DNA of 64,000 nt from Sulfurospirillaceae bacterium. GTDB taxonomy: Bacteria > Campylobacterota > Campylobacteria > Campylobacterales > Sulfurospirillaceae. Below, one piece after another: positions 60,199-64,000 of this stretch (positions are counted from its first letter, which is position 1; each line of letters starts with the position of its first letter). The notes under the pieces are model-generated. The model was given only the letters and a program-made list of their open reading frames with translations. It did not search any database and was not told where the DNA came from. The DNA lies in the NCBI GenBank assembly GCA_033723415.1, contig JAWVXD010000005.1, forward strand, positions 64,001-128,000, given 5' to 3'. The position numbers were made by a program, and so were the translations under genes.

Positions 60199-61095
60199 TT
60201 ATTTTTTAAGACTTTTTGCCTCGCGAGAGTTTGGATAATTTGTTTTTAATGCTTTAAAGAATTTTGCAGCTTCGTTATTTTTCTTCAGTTTACTAAGTGA
60301 GATACCGGTGTGATACAATAGAGTAGGAATATATGAGGCTTTATCATACAAAGAGATGCTTTTTTTGTAGTGGACTATTGCTTCTTTATAAGACTTTTGG
60401 GCATATGCAATCTCACCTAATTTAAAGCTGTTTCCTGCTGGATGATATTTTTTTTCAACTAAAAAACTGAAAATTTTCTTTGCTTCATCATATGACTTTT
60501 GTTTTAAAAGTTCATTTGCACTATTTTCAAGATCTGATCTTTTTTTCCCTGCGAATTGATCACTTTTGCTACTTTTTTTTATCGTTGATAACTTATTTTC
60601 GATGCTAGAAACAAATTTTTGGAATTCATCTTTTGAAACATAGCTAGAATTTATAGAATCTATTAAATTACTTAGTTCTGAGAGTACATTTTTGACTTTT
60701 TCTTGATTTGTGTTTTGCGTCTGTATAGTAGAATTTAAATCTTCTTTTATTGATGTAATTTCATCTTGTAAATTTTTAATTGAACTGCTTATATTATCAT
60801 CTTTTGCATCTAGCATATACATTTTTTTATCAATTTTTCCTATCTTGTCACTAATTGACTCAGTAACAGATCTAAGGCCGGAAAACCTATCTTTTAAATC
60901 ACTGTAATTTAGTTGTAATATTTTTATATTTTTTTGTAAAGTTTTTATATCTTTGATATTTTCTAATATTTTCTTTTCACTTTGACTTAAGCCATATGGA
61001 TTGGAACTATCTAAATTACCGGCTCCATAAACAGAAGGTTCGCTTGCAAATACTAACAGTTGCAGCAAGATAATAAATGGTATTATTTTATGCAT
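60199..61095 (-). CDS. Tol-Pal-associated coiled-coil/TPR protein (CpoB/YbgF-like)
   Basis: Signal peptide, EPSVYGAG, coiled coil, C-terminal TPR ending YPNS; follows pal. Confidence 0.8.
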   Translation of the reverse strand: MHKIIPFIILLQLLVFASEPSVYGAGNLDSSNPYGLSQSEKKILENIKDIKTLQKNIKILQLNYSDLKDRFSGLRSVTESISDKIGKIDKKMYMLDAKDDNISSSIKNLQDEITSIKEDLNSTIQTQNTNQEKVKNVLSELSNLIDSINSSYVSKDEFQKFVSSIENKLSTIKKSSKSDQFAGKKRSDLENSANELLKQKSYDEAKKIFSFLVEKKYHPAGNSFKLGEIAYAQKSYKEAIVHYKKSISLYDKASYIPTLLYHTGISLSKLKKNNEAAKFFKALKTNYPNSREAKSLKK

Positions 61096-61196
61096 GTTTT
61101 TTCCTATTGACTTACGTATTATAAACTTATTTGTTGAATTTTAAAGATAGTGTAGAAGCCAAACTCACATTTTATGTAAGTTGGCTTCTTTTTTTA

Positions 61197-61766
61197 TTAT
61201 GGTAATAACTTGAAATCTGCTCTTCTGTTTTTAGCCCAGCAAGCTTTTGTATGCTCAGTACATGTAGGATTACTTTTGCCATAACTTATGATCATCATAC
61301 GATTAGCATTGACGCCTTCTGCACTTAATTCATCTTTTACTGTTTTAGCTCTTTTTAATCCTAGTGCATAGTTATATTCGTCTGTACCCCACTCATCACA
61401 ATTACCTTCGATCTTAATTGATAATTTTTGAGCTTTGTCTCCGTTTAGTAAGTTAGAATCATTTTGAACAACAGGTTTCATACTGTCTTTTATACTATAT
61501 TTGTCAAAATCAAAATATACTGGTTGTAGTTTTTGCTCTAAATCAGATATTAAACTTTTCATGGCATTTTCTTTTTGTTGTGCCATTGTGTTTGCATCCA
61601 TATTATTGGAAGTCATAGAACTTGAATTTGATCCATTCTGATTTGCATCACTTACTTTTTCAATTTTTTGGTTTTTAGTTGTCATATCCACATCTGGGTT
61701 TTTTTGACTACACCCAGTAAATAGAAGAACAGCTACACTTACGCTTGCTAATACCATCTTTTTCAT
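61197..61766 (-). CDS. pal: Peptidoglycan-associated lipoprotein
   Basis: Lipobox FTGC; YFDFDK, EGNCDEWGTDEYN and NRR motifs. Confidence 0.95.
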   Translation of the reverse strand: MKKMVLASVSVAVLLFTGCSQKNPDVDMTTKNQKIEKVSDANQNGSNSSSMTSNNMDANTMAQQKENAMKSLISDLEQKLQPVYFDFDKYSIKDSMKPVVQNDSNLLNGDKAQKLSIKIEGNCDEWGTDEYNYALGLKRAKTVKDELSAEGVNANRMMIISYGKSNPTCTEHTKACWAKNRRADFKLLP

Positions 61767-61820
61767 AATTACCACCTCTTGGATTTAAGTTTCGAGTTAT
61801 TTTATCATATTTTATTTAAA

Positions 61821-63092
61821 TTACCAATCAATTGATTGAATTTTGCCAACTTTTAGAGGAAATAAAAAGCTTTTGTTTGCACTAAGCCTAATAATTCCTA
61901 AAGAACTTTGATTTTTGTATTCTTTTATAAATAAAATAGTATCTTCATCCTCTGCAAATCTAGGATATAGGTTTTTGCCGTTAGCTGTCAACTGACGGAT
62001 ATAATCTGTATTTGTTGATATCAGATACAAATTGAAAACATTTCTTCCGAACTCGCTAGAATTTTCACGACTGGAATAAACTATATAATTTCCGTTGGCT
62101 GAGACAGAACTATTATTTTTACCATGATAAACCATCTGCTCAACGCTTGTATCACCATTTAGATCTTTTGCAAATATATTCGGATATCCAAGCCTATCAG
62201 ATATAAACACCATTCTTTTGTCATTGTCTATGAATTTTCCACTTACGTCAATACCGGGATATTTTGTAATTCTTCGCAGTTGCTTATCTACTACATTGTA
62301 CAAATATATGTCAGTCTGGTCATTTGGGGCCATTGTGAGAAGTAGTTTTCTGCCGTCTTTTGAAACATCAGAACACACTAACATACCGTTACTAGATAAG
62401 ATTTTTGTTCTTTGCCCGTTGCTTAAGTCAACTTTATACAAGGTAGGTCTATATCCGTTGTATGATGAGTAATAGAATTGATCTTGCGTAGCATTTGCCC
62501 ACTGAGGAAATAAATTTAATCCTCCTTTCACAACAACTCTTTGAAAGCTCAAGGTATAGTCTGAAACTACAATTTCTGATTCTTTTTTACCTATGAGTTT
62601 AGAAAAAATTACAAATTGTTCCATCCATTTGATTGATGGAGCACCGATAAGATCATTTACATTTACTATAATTCTATGAGCCAAGAAGGGAAATCTGTTT
62701 AAATTGGGCAACTTGTAGTTTGTTTCATTTTTGACATCTCCTGTGCTCGCCGTTATTAACTTAACATGAGCTAAAAGAGATTTTCCATCAGTTTCAAGCT
62801 TAAATCTTAGAATCAAATCTACATTTTTTTTGCTTAAAAAATTTTCTCCTACTCCACCGTCATAACTGCTTTGTAGGTATTCATCAAGTGGCTTAAAGTT
62901 TGCACTGACTCTCAAATCTCCGAGTAATATCTTGTAAAACTTCTTTCTTAAATTTAGATTAACACCCGTATCACTGGCATCTTGTATAGCTATTCTTGGT
63001 AAAGAATCTATTTTTTTCACTATTTCTACTGTTGCATCATATGCAAACAATGATAGAGACAGCATTAAAATTAAAACAATTTTTTTACTCAT
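61821..63092 (-). CDS. tolB: Tol-Pal system protein TolB
   Basis: N-terminal domain plus propeller repeats (FISDRLGYPNIF); upstream of pal. Confidence 0.9.
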   Translation of the reverse strand: MSKKIVLILMLSLSLFAYDATVEIVKKIDSLPRIAIQDASDTGVNLNLRKKFYKILLGDLRVSANFKPLDEYLQSSYDGGVGENFLSKKNVDLILRFKLETDGKSLLAHVKLITASTGDVKNETNYKLPNLNRFPFLAHRIIVNVNDLIGAPSIKWMEQFVIFSKLIGKKESEIVVSDYTLSFQRVVVKGGLNLFPQWANATQDQFYYSSYNGYRPTLYKVDLSNGQRTKILSSNGMLVCSDVSKDGRKLLLTMAPNDQTDIYLYNVVDKQLRRITKYPGIDVSGKFIDNDKRMVFISDRLGYPNIFAKDLNGDTSVEQMVYHGKNNSSVSANGNYIVYSSRENSSEFGRNVFNLYLISTNTDYIRQLTANGKNLYPRFAEDEDTILFIKEYKNQSSLGIIRLSANKSFLFPLKVGKIQSIDW

Positions 63093-63840
63093 TTCTTATA
63101 TCCTTAAATTCTACTTGCATTTTAAAAATTCCACCTTCCGTATATGGTGGAAACTCTTTGTCTTTCATCTGTTCTAAAAAATCTAACAATTTAGAATTAA
63201 ACTCATCATTATATGAAAGTTTTTCTATTTTATAACTAAATTTTCCCAAAGTATCAATATATATTATTACCGAAGCCTTATTTCCTGAGACAGTATCTAT
63301 AGTATTTTGCCAATTTTCATCTAATATTTGTGTCACTTGTCCTCTAAATTTATCTATAACTCCATTTTTTGTTGAAGACAAATTAGTCTGTTTTTCAAAA
63401 TTTAATGATTCAACTAATTTTTTAGCGTCATCTTTTTTGACAACTTCTTGAGCAACTTTTTTTGGATTTTTTAATTGTTTTCTAGATTCAATTACTCTTT
63501 GTTTTTTTGGTTCTTCCATTTTTTTAACGTCTATTTTGTCAAAAAGTCCTTTAAGTGCAACTTTTTTTGGACTTTTAGCTTCCATCCTTTTTGGACTTAC
63601 CTTGCTAATTGCCTTTTTCTCTATCTTTTTTTCTTGTCGTTTATGCGTTTTGTGAATTACTCGTTTTTTTGTTTTGTGCTCAACTAAAGTTATATCTAAA
63701 ACATTATTTTTTGAGATAACATAATTTATGTTATTTTTTATCCTACTTTGCAGGTATACTCCAAGGGAAAACACTATAATGATATAGAAAGCAAAAGATA
63801 AAGTAAAGCCAATTAAATTGTATTTTGACTTATCAGGCAT
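63085..63840 (-). CDS. TolA/TonB C-terminal domain protein
   Basis: N-terminal TM helix, Lys-rich linker, TonB_2-like C-terminal domain; between tolR and tolB. Confidence 0.78.
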   Translation of the reverse strand: MPDKSKYNLIGFTLSFAFYIIIVFSLGVYLQSRIKNNINYVISKNNVLDITLVEHKTKKRVIHKTHKRQEKKIEKKAISKVSPKRMEAKSPKKVALKGLFDKIDVKKMEEPKKQRVIESRKQLKNPKKVAQEVVKKDDAKKLVESLNFEKQTNLSSTKNGVIDKFRGQVTQILDENWQNTIDTVSGNKASVIIYIDTLGKFSYKIEKLSYNDEFNSKLLDFLEQMKDKEFPPYTEGGIFKMQVEFKDIRNE

Positions 63841-63843
63841 ATT

Positions 63844-64000
63844 TTAACCGCTTGTTTCGAGTGATACTTTTGTAAATCCAGCTTCTTTTACACTTTTCAA
63901 TACATACATCACATCTTTATACTGCAAAGATTCATCTGCTTTAATATAAATAATCGTATCTAAAGAATATTTGTTTTTTAACATTATGAAATTATCTGCA
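63844..64000 (-). CDS. TolR/ExbD, C-terminal part (5' end outside the window)
   Basis: Manual translation ...IYIKADESLQYKDVMYVLKSVKEAGFTKVSLETSG*. Confidence 0.88.
   Translation of the reverse strand, partial: ADNFIMLKNKYSLDTIIYIKADESLQYKDVMYVLKSVKEAGFTKVSLETSG

Noticed and set aside
177..63687. Numerous 60-155 aa ORFs antisense to or nested in long genes (e.g. 177-365, 13699-14070, 40550-41014, 49599-49910)
   Set aside because: They overlap well-supported genes and lack recognisable motifs; typical shadow ORFs.
1..64000. tRNA, rRNA, IS transposase, integrase or prophage genes
   Set aside because: None recognised by eye; intergenic gaps are short and mostly accounted for. A tRNAscan/Infernal run would be needed to exclude small RNAs.

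Overview
AT-rich chromosomal segment of a Campylobacterota (Epsilonproteobacteria) genome, probably a free-living Sulfurospirillum-like lineage (inferred from gene content and Campylobacter-like gene order). It is mostly core genome: the LPS core/ADP-heptose locus (waaC, lpxL, waaL, GT9/GT2 transferases, waaF, gmhA, hldE, hldD, gmhB), two c-type cytochromes, ccoS/ccoI, rho, dnaX, recR, a RacRS-like two-component system preceded by Spy/CpxP and SHOCT genes, dnaJ, an OlsF-like acyltransferase, a TonB-receptor/small exported protein/GGDEF-EAL operon, polA, uvrA, fliN/fliO, an ArsR-linked copper ATPase operon, dusB, dksA, rlmH, accD, gltBD, recO, ppsA, ttcA, mtnN, fabD, slyD and tol-pal. I saw no rRNA, tRNA, CRISPR array, transposase or phage gene. 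The most striking unexplained signal is an ~80-bp double-hairpin repeat found at two unrelated operon junctions (ccoI-ccoS and racS-recR). Each full copy is a 26-codon mini-ORF carrying its own SD (GGAGA), and the copies form chains of overlapping stop/start codons that could relay ribosomes from one gene to the next. Other leads: a putative trans-envelope c-di-GMP system, an AOR/GAPOR pseudogene remnant, two probable non-canonical start codons, and a receiver-less NtrC-like protein with an NtrC-type box upstream of gltB. All calls come from reading the sequence; no database searches were run.
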